NCBI RefSeq assembly: GCF_006345805.1
Contig: NC_043020.1
Location: 22,940,001-23,004,000, forward strand
DNA: 64,000 nt
DNA from: Octopus sinensis
Lineage: Eukaryota
Reading direction: 5' to 3'
The position numbers were made by a program, and so were the translations under genes. The stretch's first letter is position 1; each line of letters opens with the position of its first letter. Below the pieces are notes generated by a model, which searched no databases, had not been told where the DNA came from, and saw only the letters and a program-made list of their open reading frames with translations. Below are positions 48,906 to 61,567 of the stretch, in pieces.

Positions 48906-49910
48906 GTTAGTAGAGATGAAGATAATTCCATTCCTGCATTGTTTGTCTTTAGACTTAAAGTTTTGTTTTGATTCGTTTCTGAGTTTTGGTCTCTGATGAT
49001 CGGAATGTGTTATGACTGTGGCCAAGAGGTTTGTTTTGTAACCATGTAGGTCCTGGGTTCAATTCCTCTGTGCGGTACCTAGGGCAAATCTATTCTATCA
49101 TATCCTTGTAATTGATCAATGCTTGATAAGTCTGTGAAGTGGAATTTGGTTGACGGAAACTGTGCCGAAGCTTGTCAAAGGTATATTTATTTATTTATGT
49201 ATATGCAGAAGTGACTGTAGTAAGAAGTTTGCTCCCTAACCACATGGTTCCGGGTTCAGTCCTACTGCGTGGTACCTTGGGCAAGTGTATTCTGTTATTG
49301 CCTCAGGCTGACCAAAGCCTTGCGAGTGGATTTGATGGGAGGAAACTGTGCCGAAGCTTGTCAAAGTTATATATATGTTTATGTATATGCAGAAGTGGCT
49401 GTGATAAGAAGTTTGCTTCCTAACCACATGGGTCTGGGTTCAGTCCTACTGTGTGGTACCTTGGGCAAAGGCATTCTGTTATTGCCTTAGACTGACCAAA
49501 GCTTTGCGAGTGGATTTGGTGGAAGGAAACTGAAAGAAGCAAGTACCAGAAGTCATGACCATTTCGGACAGTTACACTTGAGATGGTTTGATCTGGTTGT
49601 CCCCAAAAAAATCTAAGCTAAGAGCATTAGACCCCTTTGTAAGAAAGCTAGCAAATGTGTACTAACTTAAAAGACGGAGAACATGGTACAGAATTACGAA
49701 TGCAAACAAGAAATAACAACAAATAAAAGACCTGCATCTTAGATCTTGAGGAGAAACTTTTCTGAGACAGATCTGTGTTGTTAACACGGCATACAAAGAC
49801 CTTTCCTCCGCGACCAGGAAATTAATTTTTTTCTTTTTTTTCTGTAAAATATCTTGAAACTAAAATGACCGATTTTCATCCTTTTCTTTTTCCATCCTTT
49901 TCTATTTCAG

Positions 49911-50002
49911 GTGTTGAAATTCAGTGTATTGGACATTTTAAATTGTTGTTCTCCCTGCTGCGACTTGAGAACTGTGCTAAACTACAGCAGTGTACACTTG
50001 AG
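49911..50002 (+). CDS. DNAJC13: DNAJC13 exon (VEIQCIGHFKLLFSLLRLENCAKLQQCTLE)
   Basis: ttcag| ... |gtcagt. Confidence 0.95.
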
Positions 50003-50141
50003 GTCAGTCTGGAGCAGAGCTCTTCATATTTATATTTCATGTATGTTTATCAGGAAACATCTGTGTCAGACTTTTAACATCCAGGATCATTCCACTTAAT
50101 TATTATTATTATTATCATTTTTTTTTTCTTTTTCCATACAG

Positions 50142-50241
50142 GTGATCAACAGTGTGACTTCCAACCAGGAATGTGTGAATGATATTGCAGCTTCTGAGAT
50201 CCTCTCCTATCTCTTACTTGCCATTCAGGGATTACCTCAAT
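50142..50241 (+). CDS. DNAJC13: DNAJC13 exon (VINSVTSNQECVNDIAASEILSYLLLAIQGLPQ)
   Basis: tacag| ... |gtaagc. Confidence 0.95.
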
Positions 50242-50926
50242 GTAAGCTCATTATTTCCTCAACTCAGCTTCAGCCCACCATCTTCTTAGAGTTTAAATGT
50301 ACTAGTCATATGCTGGGGGTCAATGATATCAACTGTTCATCCTTCCTCCTTCAAATTTCTGGTCTTGTAACCCCACCCACTTTTATTTTTAGAAACCATT
50401 ATTGCCTAATGGCAGCATAGGATCTAATCCCTCCACTTTATTCATCTTCTAAAAATAGAAGCCTAGCTAATCCTTCCTTAGATTAAATAAGAAAAGCATT
50501 AACCTTCATTTACATTACAAAAAAAATTTAAAAAAAGAAATTATTTAATCCCTTTTACATTAAAAATACAAAACTAAACCCTCTCTTATTTTTTATCTTT
50601 TACTTGCCTCAGTCATTAGACTGTGGCCATGCTGGGGCACCACCTTGATTATGCCGAATATACTCCTTTGTCACTTCCATTATAGCTTTGAAAAAATATG
50701 TTAAACTCGAGTTGCACTCTTCAAAACTTGCACTATGAATAAGTTCAAGATAAAATTACTACCTGCTTGTATAGCATGTTGCTGCAGGTAGTTTATCCTG
50801 TTCCCTTCCAACTTTTAGTTCATGCAATTGAAAAAAAAAAACTGCATTATTTATGGGATGACTTGAACCTGAAACCATGCGGTTACATAGTTAGCTCCTT
50901 AACTTTCTTAATTTTGTGTTCTTCAG

Positions 50927-51001
50927 GTCATCTGCTGATATTAGAAAGTTTGTTTGCTTTGATGTCAAACACGAAAATTGTGAAAGAAGCTTTATCGAAA
51001 G
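50927..51001 (+). CDS. DNAJC13: DNAJC13 exon (HLLILESLFALMSNTKIVKEALSK)
   Basis: ttcag| ... |gtttgt. Confidence 0.94.
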
Positions 51002-51297
51002 GTTTGTACACAAGCTTTATATTTACGTTTCACCATTTCCAAAATGCCATTTTTTGATGGCATAAAAGACACATGGGCTATTTAATTTAGGTGCACCCTG
51101 CCCAATTTCAGCAGCACATATGCTGGGAGAAAAGGATTTTTATGTATTAACTCATTCGTTACTGCATTCCTAACCAAATTACACTCCTTATTATTATTTC
51201 TCTCCTTTGGAAATTTCAAATTGGTAATAAATCCCTTATCTTTTTGTCTGTGATTGGATTACAATTTGTATTTAACATAAAAATATCCTTTTTTCAG

Positions 51298-51498
51298 GAG
51301 CCCTTGTATATTTATTGGACCTGTTTTGCAATTCGGTGAATCCGTTGGTCCGAGAGAAAACCTCGGAATTATTTGCAAAAATGTTGAGCGATAAATTAGT
51401 CGGCCCTAAGGTGCGGATTATTCTAGCCAAATTTCTTCCTAATATTTTCATGGATGCGATGCGAGACTCTCCTGAAGCAAGTGTACATATGTTTGAAG
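51298..51498 (+). CDS. DNAJC13: DNAJC13 exon ([12 protein letters not shown]...[10 protein letters not shown]...[17 protein letters not shown])
   Basis: ttcag| ... |gtaaga. Confidence 0.96.
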
Positions 51499-53244
51499 GT
51501 AAGACCATGTAAAAATTACCCCGTTTTTTTAAGCCCTTCACTCTGTTGTCGTCATCATTGTCCAACGTCCGCTTTCTATGCTAGCATGGGTTGGACGGTT
51601 CAACTGGGGTCTGGGAAGCCAGAAGGTTGCGCCAGGCCCAGTCAGATCTGGCAGTGTTTCTACGGCTGGATGCCCTTCCTAATGCCAACCACTCCATGGT
51701 GTAACCCTAAATAAGTGGTCAGCTCTGACCAAATTTTGATGACCCTGACCTCATTTGTTTGTGTTTTGGAGTGGTTGACAAGTCCTTTTTTTGCCAAGCT
51801 ACTGTCATAGAGACATTCCATATATGACAATCCTGTCATCTGGGATGTAGATATTGTCAAAGTACATCATCGAATATGTACTTCCTTTTCTTTCTTTTTT
51901 TTTTTTTTTAAATTTAAATGTCAGAGAGTGATTTGAAAGATTTCAGCTACTATTTCTAGCAGGTGAACATCCATGTAAAGCAGTGGTTCCTCCCGGCGAC
52001 GCGTTGTGTCCTTGAGCAAGACACTTTATTTCACGTTGCTCCAGTCCACTCAGCTGGCAAAAATGAGTTGTACTTGTATTTCAAAGGGTCAGCCTTGTCA
52101 CTCTCTGTGTCACGCTGATTATCCCCGAGAACTACGTTAAGGGTACACGTGTCTGTGGAATGCTCAGCCATTTGCACGTTAATTTCACGAGCAAGCTGTT
52201 CCGTTGATCGTATCAGCTGGGACCCTCGTCGTCGTAACCGGCGGAGTCTTTAAAATGGGATCAATATGGCCCTTGCGGGGTCCATAAAAGATTTTGTTGT
52301 TAAAATTTCATCATCATCATCATCGTTTAATGTCCGTTTTCCATGCTAGCATGGGTTGGACGGTTCGACCGGGGTCTGGGAAGCCAGGAGGCTGCACCAG
52401 GCCCAATCTGATCTGGCAGTGTTTCTACAGCTGGATGCCCTTCCTAACGCCAACCACTCCGAGAGTGGGTGCTTTTTACGTGCCACATCTCGGTAACTTA
52501 GCAGTTCGGCCAGAGTAAACGACAGAATAAGAACCAGATTTAATAAAACGTTTTTTTTTTTTGTTTGGTTAAAAAACTGTCTCAGGTGGTGCCCGAGTAT
52601 GGCCACTCCAATGACTGAAACAGCTAAGACAACACGATAAATGGATATCATTCACTTGCCATGCTGTTATGACATTCATAGATTGTTTGTAGAAAACTGG
52701 TCATGGAATAGAACCCTCGGCTGCATTTGAAACCGGATCATAAGGGATTGTAAGCAAACACCACAAGGTATTTGTGGATTTCCACGCCAATCAGCTGAAA
52801 ATATTTTGTCCAGGGCGATAACTCTAATGAAGAATGCCAGAGTAGCCTCCCCTGAAATATTAGCGCCAATGGGAGAAACAGGCGTCAGTTCAGTTCACGT
52901 TAAGAAATAGATGCATTTGATATAAGGACGTGATAGCCGTGGCTGGAGAGACTTTGATCGTAGGTTTGCTGCTTAATCTACGCATGAAACATATATCGTG
53001 TGCGTCTGTCTTTTTTCATGTTTGTCATTGGACTGCGCCCATACTGGGGCACTTGCCTTGGGTGGTTCCAGTCGAACAAATCCACCCCAGTACCCGTTTT
53101 TTTTCTTTTTAAAGCCTGGTACTTAATCTATTGGTCTCTGCTTTTTCTGAATCACTAAGTTGAGACGTAAACAAACCAACACCAGTTGCCGAGCATTGTT
53201 GGGGAGATAAAAAGGACATAGGACACAATGTGTGTGTGTGTGTG

Positions 53245-53308
<64 letters not shown>

Positions 53309-53473
53309 TTAATCAGCCGAAATTGCGAGGATGATCCGGTTCTTGACTGAAGATTAGGGGCTTCGAATGACCTGTCCGTTTTTTGTGTTGTCTATTCGAA
53401 TGTTTTGCGTTCCTGTCCCATTTTGTATTTTTATATATATTTTGATATATATATATATATATATACATACACA

Positions 53474-53508
<35 letters not shown>

Positions 53509-54433
53509 TCATTTTTTTAACTTCCATTTTTTCCATGTCTGTATGGGTTGGATGGAGTTTATTGAGGTAGATTCTCTATAGCCAGATGCCCTTTTTGTCT
53601 CCAACTCCCACCAGTTTCCACATAAATAGAATTATTCCATACAACCAGACATGTTTCTGTAGAAGATTTGAAATCAAGGCAAGAAGACAGTAACACACAC
53701 ACACATATAATTGATGGAGTTCTTTCAGTTTCCACTTATCAGATCCACTGACAAGGCTTTGGTTAGCCTAATCCAAATAGTCAAGTTCAGCTAGGATGCA
53801 TAAGAGCAGTGATATTGTTAAGTATTAATAATTAGCTTCAAGGGTGATGTCGTCATCGTCATCATTGTCGTCGTCATCATCATCCTCATCAACCTCTCAT
53901 GTCATCTCAGCCCACTCTTGTGCGTACTTCACCCTGTGCTACACCTGAATCTACAACCAAAAACACTTACTCAAGGTACCATGCACTGGGATTGAACCTT
54001 GCGAGCCGCCTTTCTTTATTGTGAAGGACCATACTTGTGGATTATGGCAGTGGTGGCATCTGTTCTAGGTGATGCTTTGCGGGGGAAGCTCTATTGGGTC
54101 TGCTGTGTAAACCTGTATAGAGGCCTGGAGTCCCAGGTACCTGTGAGGGGAGGACAAAACTCAGTAGCTGCCCTAGGTGTTATATGTTCTAGCTACTCTA
54201 CTGAACCCTTGTCATACGTGCAGACATTTAAAAACAGTTATATAAACACATGCATTCATTCACCAATACACAAACACCTACAGACACACACATACCAATA
54301 CACACACTAAAACATATTCTTAAACATATGCACCTATAAAGATGCATTAAACACAAGAATACAGGCACGCACGCACATAAACACGTACATTGTATATACA
54401 CTTAGTGAACTGCATGTATATTTCTATTTTCAG

Positions 54434-54515
54434 GAACACACGAGAACCCAGAGTTAATCTGGAATGATGACGCCAGGGAGAAAGTCTGTGACTTAATCAA
54501 GAAACTTAAAGCTCA
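54434..54515 (+). CDS. DNAJC13: DNAJC13 exon (THENPELIWNDDAREKVCDLIKKLKAQ; IWN repeat 4)
   Basis: ttcag| ... |gtaagt. Confidence 0.95.
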
Positions 54516-54573
54516 GTAAGTAATTATACATGCATATGTGTGTGTATATATATATTTTCACCCTACACATTGC

Positions 54574-54623
<50 letters not shown>

Positions 54624-54870
54624 GTTGTGGTGAGCTGGCTGAATTATTCACAAACTGAATGAAATGCTTAGCAGTATTTTGCCCATTGCTATGTTCTAAG
54701 TTCCAATTCTTCCGAGGTCGACTTGGCCTTTCGTTCTATCAGGGTAGATAATGCTAATAATATAGCGTGAACAGGATAAGCTATCCCTATTTTGCAGTAA
54801 AAAGTGTTGGCGGCCAGCTATATATATTATATATATATATATTATATATATATATATATAATATATATAT

Positions 54871-54933
<63 letters not shown>

Positions 54934-55091
54934 ACTAATGTAGGATAAAATTATTTTCGGGAAAAAAATACCTTTAAAGGTTAAATTTATAAATAATTTA
55001 CAAGATAAGGGCAAAAGAAAAATTCTAATGCCAAAAAAAATTGTCAATAACCATTATAATTTATGTCTCAAAACAAACCAATAGAAATTTC

Positions 55092-55131
<40 letters not shown>

Positions 55132-55279
55132 CAAATTGAGATAGGGGTTGTAAATGCAACCCTCCATGGGATAACATATATCCAAAATACTGCTAGTGGT
55201 GGTTTAATAAAGTATGTGATTGAGTATTATCTGGTAATTGATATTTGATTTAGATGTATTTCTCCATTTTCTTATCTTG

Positions 55280-55339
<60 letters not shown>

Positions 55340-55974
55340 ACATACGCACACACCGTCATTTAATGTCCATTTTCCATGCTGGCTTGACAGGAACTAGCAA
55401 GTTCAGGGGTCATCCCTGGTTTAATTGTCTGTCTTGACTTGGTTTCTACAGCTGAAGTGAAGACACATGGCTTAGTGGTTAAGGTATTCAGCTCATGATG
55501 ATAAAGGTCATGAGTTCAAGTCCTGGCAGCATGTTGTGTCCTTGAGCAAGACACTTTATTTCACTTTGCTCCAGTCCACTCAGCTGGCAAAAATTGAGTA
55601 GTACCTGTATTTCAAAGGTCCGGCCTCGTTACACTCTGTGTCATGCTGAATCTCCCTAAGAATTACATTAAGGGTACAAGTGTCTGTACAAGGCAGTGAA
55701 CTGGTTTTAAGGCGGCGAACTGGCAGAATCGTTAGCACTTATTTAATCGGGGTCAATTAAATAAGTACCAGTTACGCACTGGGGTCAATATAATCGACTT
55801 AAACCATTTGTCTGTCCTTGTTTGTCCTCTCTGTGTTTAGCCCCTTGTGGGTAGTAAAGAAATAGTACAAGTGTTTGTGGGTTGCTCAGCAGCTCTTTTC
55901 TACAGCTGGATGCCCTTTCTAACCACTTCACAGAGTGTTCTGGGTGCTTTTTACATGTCACCATCGCTAGTGCT

Positions 55975-56016
<42 letters not shown>

Positions 56017-56044
56017 ATGTATGTATTGTCTTTTTCTATTGCAG

Positions 56045-56261
56045 ACATTATCGTGCCCAAAGAGACAACCCTGACACCAGATGGAGCCTCCCAGATGACT
56101 TTGCCATGGTTTACTCTGACGTGCAGGGAGAACTTGCGATCGGAGGTGTCTTCTTACGACTGTTCATTGCAAATCCCAGTTGGGTCCTACGGAAGCCTAA
56201 GGAATTTCTGACGGAGCTAATGGAGAAATGGGTTCGCCTTATTGAAGATAGATCCCCAGAT
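56045..56261 (+). CDS. DNAJC13: DNAJC13 exon (HYRAQRDNPD...GELAIGGVFLRLFIANPSWVLRKPKEFL...DRSPD)
   Basis: tgcag| ... |gtaagt. Confidence 0.96.
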
Positions 56262-56329
56262 GTAAGTTCCTTTCACTTTCCTTTTACTAGTTCCACTTAT
56301 TGAACTGGGGTCATTGTTGTGGGGCTGGG

Positions 56330-56490
56330 CTGTGTGTGCATCACTCATGTTGTGGGGGTGTGTCACCTTCATGCTGGAGGATACACCATGTTGTTGAGTG
56401 TCGCCTTCATGTTGTCAGGGGTGTCACCTTCATATTGTTGGAGGTGCTACCTTCATGTTTTTGAGTGTCACCTTCATGTTGGTGGGGCAC
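56330..56490. repeat. About 23-bp minisatellite (gtgtcaccttcatgttg)
   Basis: About six units. Confidence 0.8.
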
Positions 56491-56999
56491 CAGTTTCAAA
56501 CACACTATGTAAAATACATTGATTTATTGTGTTATGACATCACTACTGTGATAGCTTACTATATTATGGCATCACTACTGTGACTTCTTAGCTGTGTTAT
56601 GACATTGCTACTGTGACCACTTACTGTATTATGATATCCTTACCACGGCATCTTACTACTTTGTTTTCATAGACACACACTCTATACTTTACTGTGTCTT
56701 GTGACAGCACTTCAGTTCATTATTGAATTAGTCATTGTCTATTGTCCTATCAAACGATAATTATAATAATTAGGCAACAATGAAGCCTCTACATCACAGC
56801 CTGTAAAAAAAATAGCAGCCAAATTCCACAGGTAACACCCATCTTTTTAAAAGTCCACATTGCATCATGTATTCATAGATACTCTGTCTGGAGAATGAAA
56901 AGAAGACAGGTTAGTCATGGTTGGAATGCCTTTGAGTATAGTTCAATTTGCTCAGGGCCAACCTGGTGCTAAACCACATCATCATCATCATTTAATGGT

Positions 57000-57450
57000 C
57001 ATTCCTCGAGGAATGTGAAGACGCAGGCTGGAAAGCGGAACATTTTCCTATCGAAGTCGGATGTAGAGGGTTTGTTGGACACAGTGTGAGATGACTGTTG
57101 TTATCGCTAGGCCTAACTCATCGTAAAGTCAATACCACCATGACCGATATCCAAACTACAGTGGAGAAGGCTAGCCACTGGATTTGGTTAAAAAGAGACG
57201 ATGAGCGATGGCTAGAAGGATATTGAGCTTAACTTCATAACCAGCTGATCTAGCAAGCGGGGCCTCATATCAGTGAGGGGGGGGGGCGCATTGATGCCGT
57301 CGAGAGGTAGGCCCTGAAACGGTGCGCATTCTCTCCTGATGACCCCATACACTTGCTGGCTTCCGGTATACGGAGCTTTCGACTGGTAGCACTTGCATGT
57401 GCAAGTTGTTTGCAAGACATCATGCTGGCATGAGCAGTGCTTTATTAATT
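57000..57450 (+). mobile_element. HERO-like (restriction-like endonuclease) retrotransposon 3' end with structured 3' UTR
   Basis: FLEECEDAGWKAEHFPIEVGCRGFVGHSVR*LLLSLG...EKASHWIWLKRDDERW, stop at about 57226. Confidence 0.8.
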
Positions 57451-57497
57451 GATGTATTTTTCTTTGATGTTTATATTTTTCCTGTTATTCTACACAG

Positions 57498-57677
57498 GGT
57501 GAAATTTTGGAGACAGTGACGATGGCACTGGTGTGCCTATTCCAATCACAGGTTGGGTTACTCGACCAAGTCCCTGGCCTTGGCTACATTCCCCATATAT
57601 TCCAAGTGATGCATGCCAAAAACCCAGCTATACCCAAATCTGCCATTCAAATTCTTCACCAGCTGAGCAATAGTGAG
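57498..57677 (+). CDS. DNAJC13: DNAJC13 exon (GEILETVTMALVCLF...AIPKSAIQILHQLSNSE)
   Basis: cacag| ... |gtaagc. Confidence 0.96.
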
Positions 57678-57907
57678 GTAAGCAACATTCTCTCTCTCTG
57701 GTTGACTCTTCTGATTGATTCTTCTTTCATGTATGACAGTATAACATAAACTTAATTAGTTGACGAATTACGAGTAAAGTTCAGTTTTCTCTCTGACATG
57801 TTTTTCATATCTAACATTATGACACGTAGAGTATGTCTAATATATATATGACACCTTTCTTCACAACTCAGATTTTAATGACAACACTATCTGCACATCT
57901 TAAGATC

Positions 57908-58333
57908 GGATCTTTTCGGTTTGAACAGCAGTTTTTCTAGCGGTGTCATATGAAATTGTCACCCATAATTATGACCCTAGAATCGATCTATTGCATTTCA
58001 ATCTCTTTTCGGGTTAGGGTTAGTTAGGGTTAGGGGTTGGGGAAGGGTATCTTTTTTTCTTCACAAATGTAAATAAACCCAATTCTTAAACGAGGGACAT
58101 ATTCATACAGCACAGAATGTGTTTTTTTTACCTCAATAGACGTCATTGATTGGTTGAAATTGAAGAAATTGAAGAAGAGAAAACAACAAATATCTTACAA
58201 ACTGTAGAATTTTCTCAATAAAGCCAAGAGAAAAAGATGTTTTATAAACACATTCTACCAGTATACGAAGTTTAAAAGTGTTTAGTTACAAAGAAATTAT
58301 TTTAAAAATCTGCCGTTCAAACCGAAAAGATCC
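57908..58333 (+). mobile_element. Same MITE family, full length
   Basis: Both TIRs present; no TSD evident. Confidence 0.82.
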
Positions 58334-58491
58334 CAACACTCTCCTCACATCTTAGTGAATGAGAAAACTTCATTACATCTTAGTTTTATGACAAAACTCT
58401 ACTAATATCTTCCAGTATTCTGACAATACACTCTTTTACATCATCACATGTGTTAGTTATCTCTCCCCTCTGTTACCTTCTTCTGTTGCAG

Positions 58492-58632
58492 TTATGTATA
58501 CGGAGCATGGGCTCAATAGAGTGTATAGGCTCTCTGAAAGCTGGCATGAAGACTCGTAAAGATATGATCGTATATGCTGCTGAGAGCTTGGCCAAAATGT
58601 TTGAGAAAGGCGAAGAGGAACTTGTTTCACAG
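58492..58632 (+). CDS. DNAJC13: DNAJC13 exon (LCIRSMGSIECIGSLKAGMKTR...EELVSQ)
   Basis: tgcag| ... |gtttgt. Confidence 0.95.
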
Positions 58633-58702
58633 GTTTGTATTTGTTTCTCTGTTTCACGTTGTTGTACTGCATCATAATACGAAGATGGAATGGGACTCAG
58701 TA

Positions 58703-59155
58703 GTCATCATCATCATCATCGTTTAACGTCCGTTTTCCATGCTAGCATGGGTTGGACGGTTCAACTGGGGTCTGGGAAGCCAGAAGGCTGCACTAGGCTC
58801 CAGTCTGATCTGGCAGTGTTTCTACGGCTGGATGCCCTTCCTAACACCAACCACTCCGTGAGTGTAGTGGGTGGTTTTTTACGTGCCACCTGCACAGGTG
58901 CCAGACGAGGCTGGTAAACGGCCACGATCGGATGGTGCTTTTTACGTGACATCGGCACAGGTGCCAGCCGAGGCTGGCAAACGGCCACGATCGGATGGTG
59001 CTTTTTATGTGCCACCGGCACGGGGGCCAGACGAGGCTGGCAAACGGCCACTATTGGATGGTGCTTTTTACGTGCCTCCGGCATGGGGGCCAGGCAAGGC
59101 TGGCAAACGGCCACGATCGGATGGTGCATTTTACGTGCCACCGGCACGGAGGCCC
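58703..59155 (-). mobile_element. Family A copy with about 62-bp internal tandem array
   Basis: Four or more tandem units. Confidence 0.8.
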
Positions 59156-60469
59156 ACTTTAGTAACCTTGACCCAGGGGTGTATATCATCGCATAAGATT
59201 GGTTTTTGTGGTTAAGAAGTCTAATTTGCAACTGTATAACTTCTGGTTTGGTCTTGCTTCGCAGCACTTTGCAGAGATATTCCCTAATCTTGGATCTGCA
59301 AAAACTGCTTTTATTATTAAAATATCGTTGACGGAAACTGTGATACGTATGTATATGCATGTGCGTGGGCGCACGTGATGCCAAAGGGAGTTAAATTGCG
59401 GCAGTGAACGAAAATACCGCCTTGTAGTTTGATCACTAAGTTATCTCCCTTTACATCTAGTTATCTGTATTCATCCCGTCGTCTCAGTCACTGCAGGCTG
59501 TGGCCATGCTGGGGCACCACCTTGCAGGATTGGTTGAAGAAATCAACCCCAGTCCTTGTTTAAATTCGGTACTCATTCTCTTGGTTCCTTTTGTGGAACT
59601 ACTAACTTACAGGGATGTAAACAAACCAACATGGTTACATACTCACACAAACACCCACACCCACGATCTTCTTCCACTCAGTTTCTGTCTACCAAATTTA
59701 CTTAATGGGACTATTAGTAGAAGATACCTGCCCAAGGTGCTGTAGACGGAAACTGAAAGAAGCCCGTCGTATATATAAATAGTGTGTGTGTGTGTATGTT
59801 TGTGTGTCCGTGTTTGTCCCCCACAACATTGCTTGACAACCGGTGTTGGTGTGTTTATGTCCCTGTAACTTAGCAGTTCGGCAAAAGAGACCGATAGAAT
59901 AAGTACTAGGCTTATAAAGAATAAGTCCTGGGGGGGTTGATTCGCTCGACTATAAGGCGGTGCTCCAGCATGGCCACAGTCAAATGACTGAAACAAGTAA
60001 AAGAGTAAATATATATATATATATATATGTATGTGCGCACACACATACAGTATTTTTCCACACAGCTTCCATCTACTGTGTTTGTGGAGGCGCGTGGCTC
60101 AGTGGTTAGGGTATTCGGCTGACAATCGTGAGGTCGTGAGTTCAATTTCTGGCAGGACATTGTGTCCTTGAGCAAGACACTTTATTTCACATTGCTCCAG
60201 ACCAATCAGCTGGCAAAAATGATTGGTACCTGTATTTCAAAGGGCCAGCCTTGTCACACTCTGTGTCAAGCTGAATCTCCCCGAGTACTACCCAAAGGCT
60301 ACACGTATCTGTGGAGCGCTCAGCCACTTGCACATTAATTTCATGACCAAGGTCTAGATCAACTGGAACCCTCATTGTTGAAACCAACAGAGAACCAGTT
60401 TCTCTTGTCCTTGTCTCTCTATTTAACCTGTCTGTCTCTTATCCACCTCAGTCTACCCTATTTCTTGTC

Positions 60470-61110
60470 TCTCTTACTCTTTTACTTGTTTCAGTCATTT
60501 TTACTGTGGCCATGTTGGAGCACTGCCTTTAGTTGATCAAATTGACCCCGGGACTTATTCTTTGTAAGCCCAGTACTTATTCGATCGGTCTCTTTTTTGC
60601 CGAACCAGCATTGGTTGTCAAGCGACGCTAGGGGGACAAACACAGACACACATATATATATATATATTGTTTTGGTGTCTCACTATGCCACATACGACTA
60701 TGAGGATTTACCTTCCTAATGTAACTCGCTTTTTTTCCCAAACTTCTTCTCAAACCTGCTATAATGTAATACATGTCTTTGGTGTGGTAATTGTACACAG
60801 CTGAAGAAGGCTGTTGACCTATCTGTTATATCAATTATGCATTGATATAAATTGCTCAATAAAGCCAGAAACATATGTACCGCAAAATCCTTTGCATCCT
60901 GTTTTTTCTTTTGATAAATATATATATATATATATACAGATATACGATAGGCTTCTTTCAGTTTCCGTCTACCAAATCTACTCACAAGGCTTTGGTTGGC
61001 CTGGGGCTATAGTAGAAGACACTTGCCCAAGGTGCCACACAGTGGGACTGAACTTGGAACCATGTGGTTCGTAAGCAAGCTACTTACCACACAGCCACTC
61101 CTGCGCCTAT
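60470..61110 (-). mobile_element. Family C SINE with a PLE pseudo-LTR inserted in its (TA)n
   Basis: SINE halves flank 60665-60920. Confidence 0.75.
60798..60882 (+). ncRNA. Hammerhead motif with extended stem II
   Basis: cag CTGAAGA a ggct..[ttatatcaat/attgatataa hairpin]..agcc a GAAA catatg TA ccg. Confidence 0.7.
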
Positions 61111-61567
61111 GTGTATATTTCTCTATCCTTCCCTCTTTGTCTAACTTCTGTTTCTGTCTAATATCTCTCTCTGTCTGTCTCTTCTTTTTAATCTCCTGTC
61201 TGTTTCTCCATCTTTTCTGTGTCTCTTTATCTAATCTGTCTATCCCTCTAACATGTCTTTATCTATCAACTTTACCTGCCTCTCTATCTCATCTCTTGTC
61301 TGTCTTATATTTCCTTCTCTAAGTTTTGTGTTATATGCCCCCACATGTCTTTGTATTGTCCCATCTATATTGGCCCCTTGTGGGCAATAAAAATCATCTA
61401 TATCTGTCTAACCTCCTTCTTTATTCACCTTACCTCTCTGTCCCATTCTCTTGTCTGTCTCTCTATTTCACCTGCCTGTCCAGCAAATTTGTCTTATATA
61501 TGTCTATCTAACTTACCTCACTACCTTAATCTCTCTCTCTCTCTCTCTCTCTCTTTGATCTATCAAG

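Noticed and set aside
52650-52990. Unique-looking stretches as hidden exons (also 34860-35060, 49540-49820 and 54000-54240)
   Set aside because: No sustained frame, no splice pair and no recognisable motif; the flanking DNAJC13 exons join without gaps.
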